45,962 nucleotides of DNA, taken from the sequence record DRR378314_2631; one strand, 5' to 3'. A program made the translations under genes and the position numbers. A model generated the notes under the pieces. It made no database searches, had not been told where the DNA came from, and worked only from the letters and a program-made list of their open reading frames with translations. This document shows positions 17,918-28,051 of this stretch, one piece after another (the first letter of the stretch is position 1; each line of letters starts with the position of its first letter).

Positions 17918-18043
17918 TTATGGCGTGGCGTTAATACCTGGATCTGTGTGATAAAACTCCGCGTAAGGATTTGGGTTATGTACATCGACGGTCCCACAGG
18001 CTGAAAATAGCAACAGGGTCCCCAATATTAGTATCGACCTCAT
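17918..18043 (-). CDS. Small putative lipoprotein, 41 aa (MRSILILGTLLLFSACGTVDVHNPNPYAEFYHTDPGINATP), absent from the ORF track
   Basis: SD AAGGAGG at 18060-18054, 10 nt before ATG; basic N-terminus, hydrophobic h-region and FSA-C lipobox (Cys16). Confidence 0.75.
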   Translation of the reverse strand: MRSILILGTLLLFSACGTVDVHNPNPYAEFYHTDPGINATP

Positions 18044-18175
18044 GAAAACAGGCCCTCCTTGATCATTAAACCGTCTATTGAATATGTGGGTTTTTACAGA
18101 AGCTTCAACCTTTACCTCATTGGAAGGATATAGAAATAAACGGCAAAATTTAGCCTTTCTGTCACAAAGAATCCA

Positions 18176-18204
18176 TTGACAATCGGGCTAATTACTCCAA
18201 ATAT
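18176..18204 (+). promoter_or_regulatory. Putative sigma70 promoter of the cold-shock gene
   Basis: Perfect TTGACA at 18176-18181, AT-rich -10 about 17-18 nt downstream; implies a long 5'UTR. Confidence 0.55.
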
Positions 18205-18346
18205 TTATCCACGTGATACATTCGATAAGCTAATTTTAGTGGAGTCTCTTGGGGCTTCCTGATTTGCACTACCGAGGTGAACGTTATCCCGGCCCCAACC
18301 TATTCAAGACGGGGTCATTTACATCGCTAGACTTCAGGAGGCGACG

Positions 18347-18556
18347 ATGAGTACTGGAACCGTAAAATGGTTTAACGCAACTAAAGGCTATGGTTTTATT
18401 GAACCAGATGATGGATCAAAAGACGCTTTTGTTCACATCTCTGCTGTTGAAAAAGCAGGCCTGACAACTTTGACCGAAGGCGCAAAAGTTTCTTTTGAAC
18501 TTGTTCCCGGCAGAAACGGTAAAGAATCTGCTGAAGGCATCTCAGTCATTGAATAA
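18347..18556 (+). CDS. cspA: Cold-shock protein
   Basis: GTVKWFN, KGYGFI (RNP1), FVH (RNP2); AGGAGG SD. Confidence 0.95.
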   Translation: MSTGTVKWFNATKGYGFIEPDDGSKDAFVHISAVEKAGLTTLTEGAKVSFELVPGRNGKESAEGISVIE

Positions 18557-18564
18557 TACCTCCG

Positions 18565-18593
18565 CCTGCCTGATCCTCGGATCAGGCAGGTTT
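18565..18593 (+). terminator. Intrinsic terminator after the cold-shock gene
   Basis: CCTGCCTGATCC-TC-GGATCAGGCAGG hairpin then TTT. Confidence 0.75.
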
Positions 18594-18728
18594 CCCCTCT
18601 TTCCTCATTCAAATTCAGGTACAATCGTTTGATCTCAATCGAACATCTTGAACTCATTCCCGGAATAAGGAATGATGTCAAAAGATCGGACCGTCAGAGT
18701 CCGATTATTTTGTTTGGAGGAATTTACC

Positions 18729-19697
18729 ATGGCAGCATCCACTCTGCTCAAAACCCTATCCGGGGTTCTTCTCGCGAGCTCCCTGCTTGTGAGCGGCACA
18801 GCAAATGCCGAAACCCGCGTCACCTATAAATCCGCAAAAAGCACCTCATCTTACTATCAAATGGCGGTCCAACTTGCCGAAGCCATGAAAGCCGGTAGCA
18901 ATGGAGATGTCATCCTGACAATTGAAGAGAGTCAGGGTTCCGTCCAGAATGTTATGGAGGCCGCGGCGCGTCCTGGAAACTATGTCTTTACGACCCCGCC
19001 GGCCCTTGTGCGCCTGGCCGTTGCTGGTAAGGCAATGTTCAAGGACAAACAAAATCCGAAATTTGCCGATATTCGCGCGCTTTTCCCCATTCCATCCCTA
19101 ACCATGCATTTTGTTGTCAGAGACGACAGCGGTATTACGCAATTCAGTGATTTAGAAGGCAAAAGCATCCTGATCGGAAAAGGATCTTTTGGGGCCCGTG
19201 AAGGCGCTAAATATCTGAAACTGTTTGGCCTTGAAGGTAAGGTTGAACTGGCAAATGTTGAATTGTCTAACGCAGTTCCCGCCTTGAAGAATAAGCAGAT
19301 TGATGGTTTTGTCACTGCGGGGTCATACCCCGCCCCCAACGTGATCGAAGCCGCAGCGGGAACGGGAGTTAAAGTCCTATCCTTGAGCGACGAACAAATT
19401 ACGCAAACAAAGCGGACCCGTCTGGTTATTCCAGGTGGAACCTACGCAGGAGTTGATACGGATATCACAACAACCTCGCTACCGGTTATTGCTTATACAA
19501 CGACAAACATGTCCGATGAAACTGCCTACCAAATGACCAAAACCTATTGGGAACAAAAAGCAAAGATGGGTGCTGATCACGCTTGGTGGAAAGGCGTTAA
19601 TCCAAATATGCTGTCCAATATTACAGGCAAAATTCACCCTGGCGCCTTGAAATATTACAAAGAAAACAGCATTAAAGTCCCTGCAAGCGCAGAATAA
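18729..19697 (+). CDS. TAXI family TRAP transporter solute-binding subunit
   Basis: Signal peptide, SYY, GSVQN, IHPGALKYY; ATG 18729 with GGAGG SD. Confidence 0.9.
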   Translation: MAASTLLKTLSGVLLASSLLVSGTANAETRVTYKSAKSTSSYYQMAVQLAEAMKAGSNGDVILTIEESQGSVQNVMEAAARPGNYVFTTPPALVRLAVAGKAMFKDKQNPKFADIRALFPIPSLTMHFVVRDDSGITQFSDLEGKSILIGKGSFGAREGAKYLKLFGLEGKVELANVELSNAVPALKNKQIDGFVTAGSYPAPNVIEAAAGTGVKVLSLSDEQITQTKRTRLVIPGGTYAGVDTDITTTSLPVIAYTTTNMSDETAYQMTKTYWEQKAKMGADHAWWKGVNPNMLSNITGKIHPGALKYYKENSIKVPASAE

Positions 19698-19714
19698 TCT
19701 GTCATTGGAGTCAC

Positions 19715-21481
19715 ATGATGACGGCACCTGGCCGATATTTCTGGATGGTTCTTGGTGCCGTCTCTATTCTATTTCATTTAAGCCTGATTTTTTCAGGGCT
19801 GGTTCCCAACCTTTTCTCTCGCCCGCTCCACATGGCGCTGGCACTTCCCTGGATTTTTCTGTTCGCAGCAAAAACCCGGCCACAGTTATATTCCGGTGCC
19901 CTCCTGACGCTCGTTGGTCTTTTCGCCAGCTTCTATATTGCAATTAACGAAGCCAGCCTTTCTGATCAGTATGGATTTCTAAACAGTGACCTGCAGGTCT
20001 GGATTGGATTTAGTCTCCTGGCTGTCACGCTAGAAATGGCAAGGCGGGCTATCGGCTGGCCCTTACCCATCGTTGCCTTAATAGCCCTGATCTACGGGTT
20101 TTTTGGGGAATATGTCCCAGGTGAATTTGGTCACCCGGGCATTCCGCTGAATAGCTTTCTTGGCAACCTGACAATTGCAGAAGGCGGTCTTTGGGGCAAA
20201 TTGACTGGTGTATCTGTCTCCATCGTATCGATCTTTGTCATTATGGGTGCCGTTCTAAATTCGGGCGAAGCCGGACAGGGCTTCATGAACCTGGCGGCCT
20301 CCGCTGCGGGCCGATTAAAAGGAGGGGCCGCAAAGGTATCCACCTTGTCATCAGCCCTTTTTGGATCCATTTCGGGGTCTGCATCCGCCAATGTCGCTTC
20401 AACCGGGGCAATCACCCTGCCGACAATGACGCGCCTAGGCTATCCAAAAGCGCTGGCCGGTGCGGTGGAAGCTGTCGCATCCTCTGGTGGTCAAATCATG
20501 CCACCGCTAATGGGGGCCGGTGCGTTTGTTATGGTTGAACTCACTGGCGTGCCCTACACAGACATCATGATGGCAGCGCTGCTCCCGGCAATTCTCTATT
20601 TTGTCACTGTCTGGGTCGGTATTAATGCGTTTGCCAAAAAATTCGACCTGAAAGGCCTTCCTGCGGATCAGCGACCGCCGTTAAAAACCGTCCTCATCAC
20701 CACAGGTTTTTTTGCACTACCGTTTTTTGCCTTGCTGGAGCGAATGTTTGTTGGAGGAACAACACCCCAATACGCGGCCTGTATCGCCATCCTAATTGCT
20801 TTTCTTCTGCTCTTTCTGGATAGCAGCCTGACCTTCAATTGGAAAAGAACACTAACAAGACTTGAGGACATGTGTCTGACCGCCGGCAAACAGATTAGTA
20901 TGATTGCCGCAATCATCCTCTGTGCCTCGTTGATCATTGGGGTATTGGGGGCAACGGGCCTAGGTGTGAAAATCACCTCTTTGATCCTCTCAGGATCAAA
21001 CGGGATGCTCTGGCCTGCGTTGTTACTCACCGCCATCGCCTGCCTTATTCTTGGTATGGAAGTTCCAACAACCGCCGCTTATGTCATCTGTATATCGGTT
21101 GCCGGGCCGGCCCTTCAGACACTCGGGCTTCTTCCTTTGCAGGCGCATCTTTTCGTGTTCTGGTTTGCCCTGTTGTCAACAATTACACCGCCCGTCTGCG
21201 GCGCCGTTTTTATTGCCGCAGGAATGGTCAATGAAAATTGGTTGAAAGTCTCTCTTTATGCCATGGCACTGGGAATTGGCCTTTATCTTATTCCCCTTGG
21301 CCTGATCACAAATCCACTCCTGATCCACCTGTCTCTGGATCCGTTTGGTGCCCTTTTCGCATTCTTTAAAATTGCGATCGGATTAACGGCGGTGTCCTAT
21401 GGTGTCATAGCCCCATTATCCTGGGTGTCCAAAGGGCTCCTAACAGCCATCGGACTTGGTATTATTTTTGTCCCTCTTTAG
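19715..21481 (+). CDS. TRAP transporter fused permease (4TM/12TM, TAXI-type)
   Basis: GSISGSASAN, GGQIMPPLMGAGAF, GMEVPTTAAY, ITPPV. Confidence 0.92.
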   Translation: MMTAPGRYFWMVLGAVSILFHLSLIFSGLVPNLFSRPLHMALALPWIFLFAAKTRPQLYSGALLTLVGLFASFYIAINEASLSDQYGFLNSDLQVWIGFSLLAVTLEMARRAIGWPLPIVALIALIYGFFGEYVPGEFGHPGIPLNSFLGNLTIAEGGLWGKLTGVSVSIVSIFVIMGAVLNSGEAGQGFMNLAASAAGRLKGGAAKVSTLSSALFGSISGSASANVASTGAITLPTMTRLGYPKALAGAVEAVASSGGQIMPPLMGAGAFVMVELTGVPYTDIMMAALLPAILYFVTVWVGINAFAKKFDLKGLPADQRPPLKTVLITTGFFALPFFALLERMFVGGTTPQYAACIAILIAFLLLFLDSSLTFNWKRTLTRLEDMCLTAGKQISMIAAIILCASLIIGVLGATGLGVKITSLILSGSNGMLWPALLLTAIACLILGMEVPTTAAYVICISVAGPALQTLGLLPLQAHLFVFWFALLSTITPPVCGAVFIAAGMVNENWLKVSLYAMALGIGLYLIPLGLITNPLLIHLSLDPFGALFAFFKIAIGLTAVSYGVIAPLSWVSKGLLTAIGLGIIFVPL

Positions 21482-21499
21482 CACAGGATTTCCCAATTT

Positions 21500-21928
21500 G
21501 TGACTGAGGCCTTTTCGCTTTTTTTATCAGGCTTTTTCTCTGCCACGCTTCTGCCCGGCACTTCCGAAGCCTTGTTTATTTCCTTATTGCTGATCGACGA
21601 GGCCCCCACTTGGTTGCTTCTTATGTCGGTTAGTTTGGGAAATATTCTGGGATCCTGTGTCAATTGGTGCCTGGGCCGATTTATGATCACCTATAAAGAT
21701 CGCAAATGGTTTCCGGCATCCGGTGACCAACTTCAAAAAGCTGAGCGGTGGTTTCAAAAATATGGTGTGTGGTCCATTTTGTTTGCCTGGCTTCCGATCA
21801 TCGGAGACCCACTCACACTCGTCGCCGGAATTTTAAAAACGCGGTTTTTTGTCTTTTTAGCATTGGTGACAATCGGCAAAATTAGTCGATATGCGGTTTT
21901 ACTCTTTCTTACACTGCAGCTGATCTAA
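21500..21928 (+). CDS. YqaA / DedA family membrane protein
   Basis: SATLLPGTSE, GNILGS, WLPIIGDPL. Confidence 0.88.
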   Translation: MTEAFSLFLSGFFSATLLPGTSEALFISLLLIDEAPTWLLLMSVSLGNILGSCVNWCLGRFMITYKDRKWFPASGDQLQKAERWFQKYGVWSILFAWLPIIGDPLTLVAGILKTRFFVFLALVTIGKISRYAVLLFLTLQLI

Positions 21929-21956
21929 TAGATCGGGACAGGGTCCAACGAGTTTT

Positions 21957-21994
21957 AAAAAAAGCCGGGGCCACTTTGTGACATCCCGGCTTTT
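21957..21994. terminator. Bidirectional terminator
   Basis: A7-GCCGGG...CCCGGC-T4 between convergent genes. Confidence 0.75.
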
Positions 21995-22047
21995 AGCTTA
22001 AAATCTCTGGTGATTTCAAAGATTATGAAAACGCCTTAACCAAGGAG

Positions 22048-23052
<1,005 letters not shown>

Positions 23053-23107
23053 CTAGTTGAGCCTTATTCCACCCGCAAGACCCTTTTTTAGTCCGCCGAA
23101 CAAAACC

Positions 23108-23123
23108 ATAAAACTAGTTTTAT
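23108..23123. promoter_or_regulatory. Perfect 16-bp palindrome in the divergent promoter region
   Basis: ATAAAACTAGTTTTAT, immediately upstream of TTGCAT/TTGATC -35-like hexamers. Confidence 0.55.
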
Positions 23124-23160
23124 AGTTGCATTGATCAGCCTCTTGCCTTATATAAGACTG

Positions 23161-23466
23161 ATGAACACCGCAGATATGGCAAAATCCCTGGCCGAATTGG
23201 GAAACGAAACCCGTCTTGAAATCTTTCGACTTCTGATTAAGGCGGAACCGAAGGGATCAAACATCAGTGGAATTAAAGAGCATCTTGATATTCCCGCATC
23301 AACATTGGCGTTTCACCTAAAGGGACTTGTGGACGCGGGGCTTGTCTATCAATCAAAAGACGGCAGAAGTGTTTGCTGTCGGGCGAACCTGACCAAAGTC
23401 AACTCAATCATCTTGCAACTCAGTGAAGAATGTTGCCTTAACAATCCGGATCCTGAAAATGAGTGA
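23161..23466 (+). CDS. ArsR/SmtB family metalloregulator
   Basis: LGNETRLEIFRLL, STLAFHLKGL HTH, C-terminal EECC; ATG 23161 preferred over TTG 23131. Confidence 0.9.
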   Translation: MNTADMAKSLAELGNETRLEIFRLLIKAEPKGSNISGIKEHLDIPASTLAFHLKGLVDAGLVYQSKDGRSVCCRANLTKVNSIILQLSEECCLNNPDPENE

Positions 23467-24541
23467 AACCACATCCCCCACACAAGCCGCAAACAACTGT
23501 TGCGGGCCTGCAAATCAGCCTAAAAAATCAGGGTTTCAACACCTGTTACAATCGGTATTGAAGCTGGGAACCCCGGTTATTGGTCTGGTTGTCATTTTGG
23601 CCCTTTTATTGATGACGGTTCCAGAAGATGTCTTATCGCACCTGAAATTTATCCTCTCAAACCTGTTGTCCATTGCACCATTTTTATTGCTGTCAGTAAT
23701 GATCGCGGCTTATTTGAAAACCAGTGGAGCAGATCAGATTGTCTCATCTGTGTTTCGCGGAAATCCGGTTAGAAGCATCTTCATTGCCTCTATGTTCGGC
23801 GCTTTATCGCCATTTTGCTCCTGCGGTGTTATACCGCTTGTTGCTGGCCTGTTGGCGTCTGGCGTTCCTTTCGCACCTGTTTTGGCATTCTGTATCTCCT
23901 CGCCCATCATGGACCCAGAAATGTTTATCCTGACCGCTGCAGAGCTGGGAATGGAATTTGCCATGGTGAAAACCACTGCTGCGATTGGAATTGGCCTCCT
24001 AGCCGGATTGGGTACCCTGCTCATTGGCAAAACAGGCTTTTTGGAAAATGGTCTGAAAGAAATTGCCCAGCCAAAATGCGGTGCGCCCGTTGTTGAACAA
24101 CCAACTATTCACTGGGCTTTCTGGCAACAGCCCGGCCTAACACAGAAATTTGGCACCGAATCCCGGAGCTCTTTGTGGTTCCTTGGGAAATGGCTAACAT
24201 TTGCGTTCGTTCTGGAAAGCCTGATGGTCTCCTACGTTCCGGCAGACATGATTACGTCTCTGCTGGGCAGTGAAAACGACTTATCACTATTATATGCGGC
24301 CGTGATCGGTGTACCGGCATATCTTAATGGTTACGCTGCTATTCCACTTGTCGATGGCTTGCTGGAGCTGGGAATGTCTCCGGCGACGGGCTTGACCTTC
24401 ATGCTGGCGGGAAGTGCCACCTGCATACCTGCTGCTGTTGGTATCTGGGCCCTCCTGAAACCGAAGCTGTTTAGCCTCTATATCGGCTTTGCATTTGCCG
24501 GGGCTTTGCTGGGTGGGTGGGCCTACAGTCTGGCGTTATAG
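23459..24541 (+). CDS. ArsP / DUF318 family permease
   Basis: SPFCSCGVIP, SSPIMDP, GVPAY motifs; N-terminal CC; overlaps the arsR stop. Confidence 0.85.
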   Translation: MSETTSPTQAANNCCGPANQPKKSGFQHLLQSVLKLGTPVIGLVVILALLLMTVPEDVLSHLKFILSNLLSIAPFLLLSVMIAAYLKTSGADQIVSSVFRGNPVRSIFIASMFGALSPFCSCGVIPLVAGLLASGVPFAPVLAFCISSPIMDPEMFILTAAELGMEFAMVKTTAAIGIGLLAGLGTLLIGKTGFLENGLKEIAQPKCGAPVVEQPTIHWAFWQQPGLTQKFGTESRSSLWFLGKWLTFAFVLESLMVSYVPADMITSLLGSENDLSLLYAAVIGVPAYLNGYAAIPLVDGLLELGMSPATGLTFMLAGSATCIPAAVGIWALLKPKLFSLYIGFAFAGALLGGWAYSLAL

Positions 24542-24566
24542 AGCCTGGCGTCAATTCCTTCTGGAC

Positions 24567-24590
24567 AAAAGTACTATATATAGTACTTTT
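24567..24590. promoter_or_regulatory. Perfect 24-bp palindromic operator (GntR/HutC-type)
   Basis: AAAAGTACTATATATAGTACTTTT directly after TGGACA, about 20 nt upstream of the atuA-like start. Confidence 0.8.
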
Positions 24591-24610
24591 AAAAGAAAAA
24601 GCAGGAGGAA

Positions 24611-26407
24611 GTGATGCAAACTGCCAATCAGGCTGGCGATATAATCCGAATTGCCAATTGTAGTGGTTTCTATGGGGACAGGCTCAGCGCCGCCAAAGAA
24701 ATGGTGGAGGGCGGCCCCATAGACGTTTTGACAGGGGATTACCTGGCCGAACTCACGATGTCTATTCTGTTTGCTCAACAACGGAAAAACCCTGATGAAG
24801 GATATGTTGGAACTTTCCTCAAACAAATGGGAGATGTTCTGGAAACCTGCCTGCAGAAAAATATCAAAATTGTCTCTAACGCCGGTGGTCTCAACCCGGC
24901 AGCATTAGCACAGCAGGTGCAACAACTGGCCGAAAAGTTGGGCGTAAACTGTCAAGTGGCCTATGTGGAGGGGGATAATCTTATTCCCCGTCTTCCCGAG
25001 CTGATCAAAGACGGGGAGCAATTTTCCAATATTGATACCGGAAAACCTTTAACGACCACAGAACTCAAGCCCGCAACGGCAAATGCCTACCTTGGAGGCT
25101 GGGGCATTAAACAGGCATTAGACCTTGGCGCTGATGTTGTCATTGCCCCGCGGGTAACTGATGCGGCCGTGGTCCTGGGTCCAGCCGCCTGGAAATTCAA
25201 TTGGTCACGAACCGATTATGACGCACTTGCCGGGGCAGTTGCAGCCGGCCATCTAATTGAATGTGGTGCTCAGGTTTGTGGCGGCAACTATGCTTTCTTT
25301 GAAGAGGTTCCCTCCTTTAAAAATGTTGGCTTTCCCCTTGCTGAAATTGAATCAGATGGCAGCTTCACCATCACCAAGCATGAAGGCACCGGTGGCCTTG
25401 TCTCCGTCGGGACCGTGACCGCACAACTGCTTTATGAGATTAATGATCCGGCCTACAAGAACCCGGATGTTATCAGCCACTTTGACACGTTAAACCTGGA
25501 ACAGGTCGGCCCTGACCGGGTTCGGGTCAGTAACTGCAAGGGAAGTGCCCCGACCAAGTCTCATAAAGTCTGCCTGAATATCATGGGTGGGTACAAAAAC
25601 AGCATGGAGCTGTTACTGACCGGTCTGGATATTGAGAAAAAGGCTGAAATTTTTACGGATACCTTATTTGATCTTGTGGGTGGGAAAAATCGGTTTGATG
25701 ACGTTTCGGTTGAATTGATCAGAAGCGATAAGGAAGATGCATCCTGTAACGAAGAAGCCTTCGCTTCGCTTCGGATTTCTGTAAAATCTCAAGACCCTAA
25801 ACTGGCAGGCCGCCTTTTCTCAGCTAAAATTATCGAATTGGCCCTGGCAAATTTCCCAGGGTTTTCCGGTCGTGGTGCGCCGAGCGGCGGGGGCCCTTTC
25901 GTCATGCACTGGCCTGCGCTTGTGGACAGTTCTCACATTGTCGAGAAAGTTCATTTTAAAGGCGAAGTCATCGAAGTCCTGCCGACAAGTCAATTGGAAC
26001 CCGAAGAATTCCATGCACAAAGCCTGCCGGTTGACCTGGTGCCGGAGCCAACAGGCCCGCACGCAGAAGTTCATTTTGGGCGCGTTTTTGGAACCCGATC
26101 CGGCGATAAAGGAGGGGCTGCGAACATAGGTGTTTGGGCCAAGACGGATGAAGCCTATTCCTGGCTCTATCACAATCTGACACCAGACAAGGTGAAGGAA
26201 TTGATGCCTGACATGGCGGAATATGAGATCAAACGGTATGATCTTCCAAACATCCGATCACTGAATTTCATGATTTATGGAATACTCGGCGATGGTGTCG
26301 CCGCCAATAACAGGATTGATGGGCAGGCAAAAACCATGGGCGAATATCTAAGATCCCGAAAAATTTCCTTACCGTCCGATTTAATACCAGCAAAGGGACA
26401 AGCTTAA
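24611..26407 (+). CDS. Acyclic terpene utilization AtuA family protein (DUF1446)
   Basis: IRIANCSGFYGD, GDYLAELT, NAYLG, GHLIECG, C-terminal RSGDKG; AGGAGG SD. Confidence 0.92.
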   Translation: MMQTANQAGDIIRIANCSGFYGDRLSAAKEMVEGGPIDVLTGDYLAELTMSILFAQQRKNPDEGYVGTFLKQMGDVLETCLQKNIKIVSNAGGLNPAALAQQVQQLAEKLGVNCQVAYVEGDNLIPRLPELIKDGEQFSNIDTGKPLTTTELKPATANAYLGGWGIKQALDLGADVVIAPRVTDAAVVLGPAAWKFNWSRTDYDALAGAVAAGHLIECGAQVCGGNYAFFEEVPSFKNVGFPLAEIESDGSFTITKHEGTGGLVSVGTVTAQLLYEINDPAYKNPDVISHFDTLNLEQVGPDRVRVSNCKGSAPTKSHKVCLNIMGGYKNSMELLLTGLDIEKKAEIFTDTLFDLVGGKNRFDDVSVELIRSDKEDASCNEEAFASLRISVKSQDPKLAGRLFSAKIIELALANFPGFSGRGAPSGGGPFVMHWPALVDSSHIVEKVHFKGEVIEVLPTSQLEPEEFHAQSLPVDLVPEPTGPHAEVHFGRVFGTRSGDKGGAANIGVWAKTDEAYSWLYHNLTPDKVKELMPDMAEYEIKRYDLPNIRSLNFMIYGILGDGVAANNRIDGQAKTMGEYLRSRKISLPSDLIPAKGQA

Positions 26408-27210
26408 TGGACACAAAACTCACTCTTGATGGCCTGACTTTTGAGACACTTAAGCTTGCCGAAAACGATCACATTTTCACCATTACCCTGAACCGGCCGG
26501 AGCGCAAAAATGCGATCAATCCGACCATGAGCACAGAATTGATTTATGCGCTGGACTACGCAAAAGCCACTGCGGATATTCGGGTTGTCATCATCGAAGC
26601 TGCTGGCGACATTTTTTGTGCGGGCGGCGATCTTCAATCTATGAGCCAGGGCGGAACAGGGCCCCAGTCCAATGTCCCCAAACGCGGCGAGACAGATGAT
26701 ATTTCCCTGCGCCTCAGACATTTGAATAAACCCAGCATTGCCAAGATCCAGGGTCCAGTTCTTGCCGGTGCACTGCTGCTGGTCTGTAACACCACCCATG
26801 CATATGCAGTCAACAGTGCCTTTTTCGCGGCGCCTGAAATCAAACGGGGAATTTGGCCCTTTATGGTCATGGCTGGACTGTTCCGGGTTATGAATACCCG
26901 GCAAGCGCTGGATTTCATCATGCGCGGAGAAAAAATTTCGGCGGATCAAGCGGCCCGTTTCGGCTTGATCACAGACGTTGTCTCAACTGAAGAGCTGGAT
27001 AAAAAAACGGCAGAGATCGCCAGTGATCTAGCCGCCCTGGCACCAACAACCATGCAAATGGGGCTGCAGGCTTACCTTACCCAGGAAACAATGACCTTTG
27101 ATGATGCACTTCCTTATCTTCGCGAACAACTGGATGCCTGCCTGAAAAGCGATGACGCCAAGGAGGGCATCACCGCCTTCCTTGAGAAGCGCGCGCCCAA
27201 CTGGAACTGA
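26407..27210 (+). CDS. Enoyl-CoA hydratase/isomerase family protein
   Basis: LNRPERKNA, FCAGGDL, APEIKRG, AFLEKRAP; TAATG coupling to atuA. Confidence 0.9.
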   Translation: MDTKLTLDGLTFETLKLAENDHIFTITLNRPERKNAINPTMSTELIYALDYAKATADIRVVIIEAAGDIFCAGGDLQSMSQGGTGPQSNVPKRGETDDISLRLRHLNKPSIAKIQGPVLAGALLLVCNTTHAYAVNSAFFAAPEIKRGIWPFMVMAGLFRVMNTRQALDFIMRGEKISADQAARFGLITDVVSTEELDKKTAEIASDLAALAPTTMQMGLQAYLTQETMTFDDALPYLREQLDACLKSDDAKEGITAFLEKRAPNWN

Positions 27211-27228
27211 TGAACAGGATGTTTTGCC

Positions 27229-27996
27229 GTGTCTGATAGCCCCTACACCCAGCGTATGTCCCTTTATCTGAAGGTTGCGAACATTCTTCGAAACCGCATT
27301 TTAAATGGTCGCTGGCACAAGGGGGATCAGTTTCCCAACATCATGGAACTCTGCACAGAATTCAGCGTTGGCCGAATTACAGTGCGCCAGGCCCTGCAAC
27401 TTCTAGCCGATGAAGGCTTTATTGATAGCAAACGAGGCAAAGGAACCTTTGTCATTTCCGAAACCGGATCTGCCGAAGGTCATATGCCACGGACCGCCCC
27501 CTTTTCAAACATTCCGCAAAAAATTGAACTGATCAGTATTGGCGATCCCAGACCGCTTCCCATGCGCGCCAGAAACGGATACGCGACTTTCGAGCAATAT
27601 GTCTGCATTCGAAAGCTGCACTATCATGAAGACCATCCCTTTTGCTTAATGGATATTTATGTGGAACAGACCCTGTTCCAGAAACTGCCCGTGGACCAGC
27701 TTCAGCAAAAAACAATTGCGAGCCTTATACACAAAAACTCGGAGATTCCAGTTTGCAGCGCCAAACAGATCTTGAGGATCGGGATCGCAGATTATGAAGA
27801 TGCCGCTATTTTGAAATGTGATATGTCAGCACCAGTTGCTGAGTTTGAGCGGCTTTTCTTCAGTGAAGACAAGCGCATTGTTTCAACCGGTCATTATCTG
27901 TATCGCGGCGATCTGTTTCAGATGGAAACCTCCCATGACGGCGATCCAGTTTTGGATATGCCGAGCGGATGGATGCCTGAGTTAAAACTCCAATAA
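27229..27996 (+). CDS. GntR family regulator, HutC/UTRA subfamily
   Basis: N-terminal wHTH (VGRITVRQAL..L..EG..RGKGTFV), C-terminal UTRA-like ending YRGD. Confidence 0.9.
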   Translation: MSDSPYTQRMSLYLKVANILRNRILNGRWHKGDQFPNIMELCTEFSVGRITVRQALQLLADEGFIDSKRGKGTFVISETGSAEGHMPRTAPFSNIPQKIELISIGDPRPLPMRARNGYATFEQYVCIRKLHYHEDHPFCLMDIYVEQTLFQKLPVDQLQQKTIASLIHKNSEIPVCSAKQILRIGIADYEDAAILKCDMSAPVAEFERLFFSEDKRIVSTGHYLYRGDLFQMETSHDGDPVLDMPSGWMPELKLQ

Positions 27997-28028
27997 AAAA
28001 AGCCCCGACCAAATTGGCCGGGGCTTTT
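27995..28028. terminator. Bidirectional terminator
   Basis: A-tract-GCCCCGACCA...TGGCCGGGGC-TTTT. Confidence 0.85.
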
Positions 28029-28051
28029 CAACTTTGTTTACCAGGAATAAT

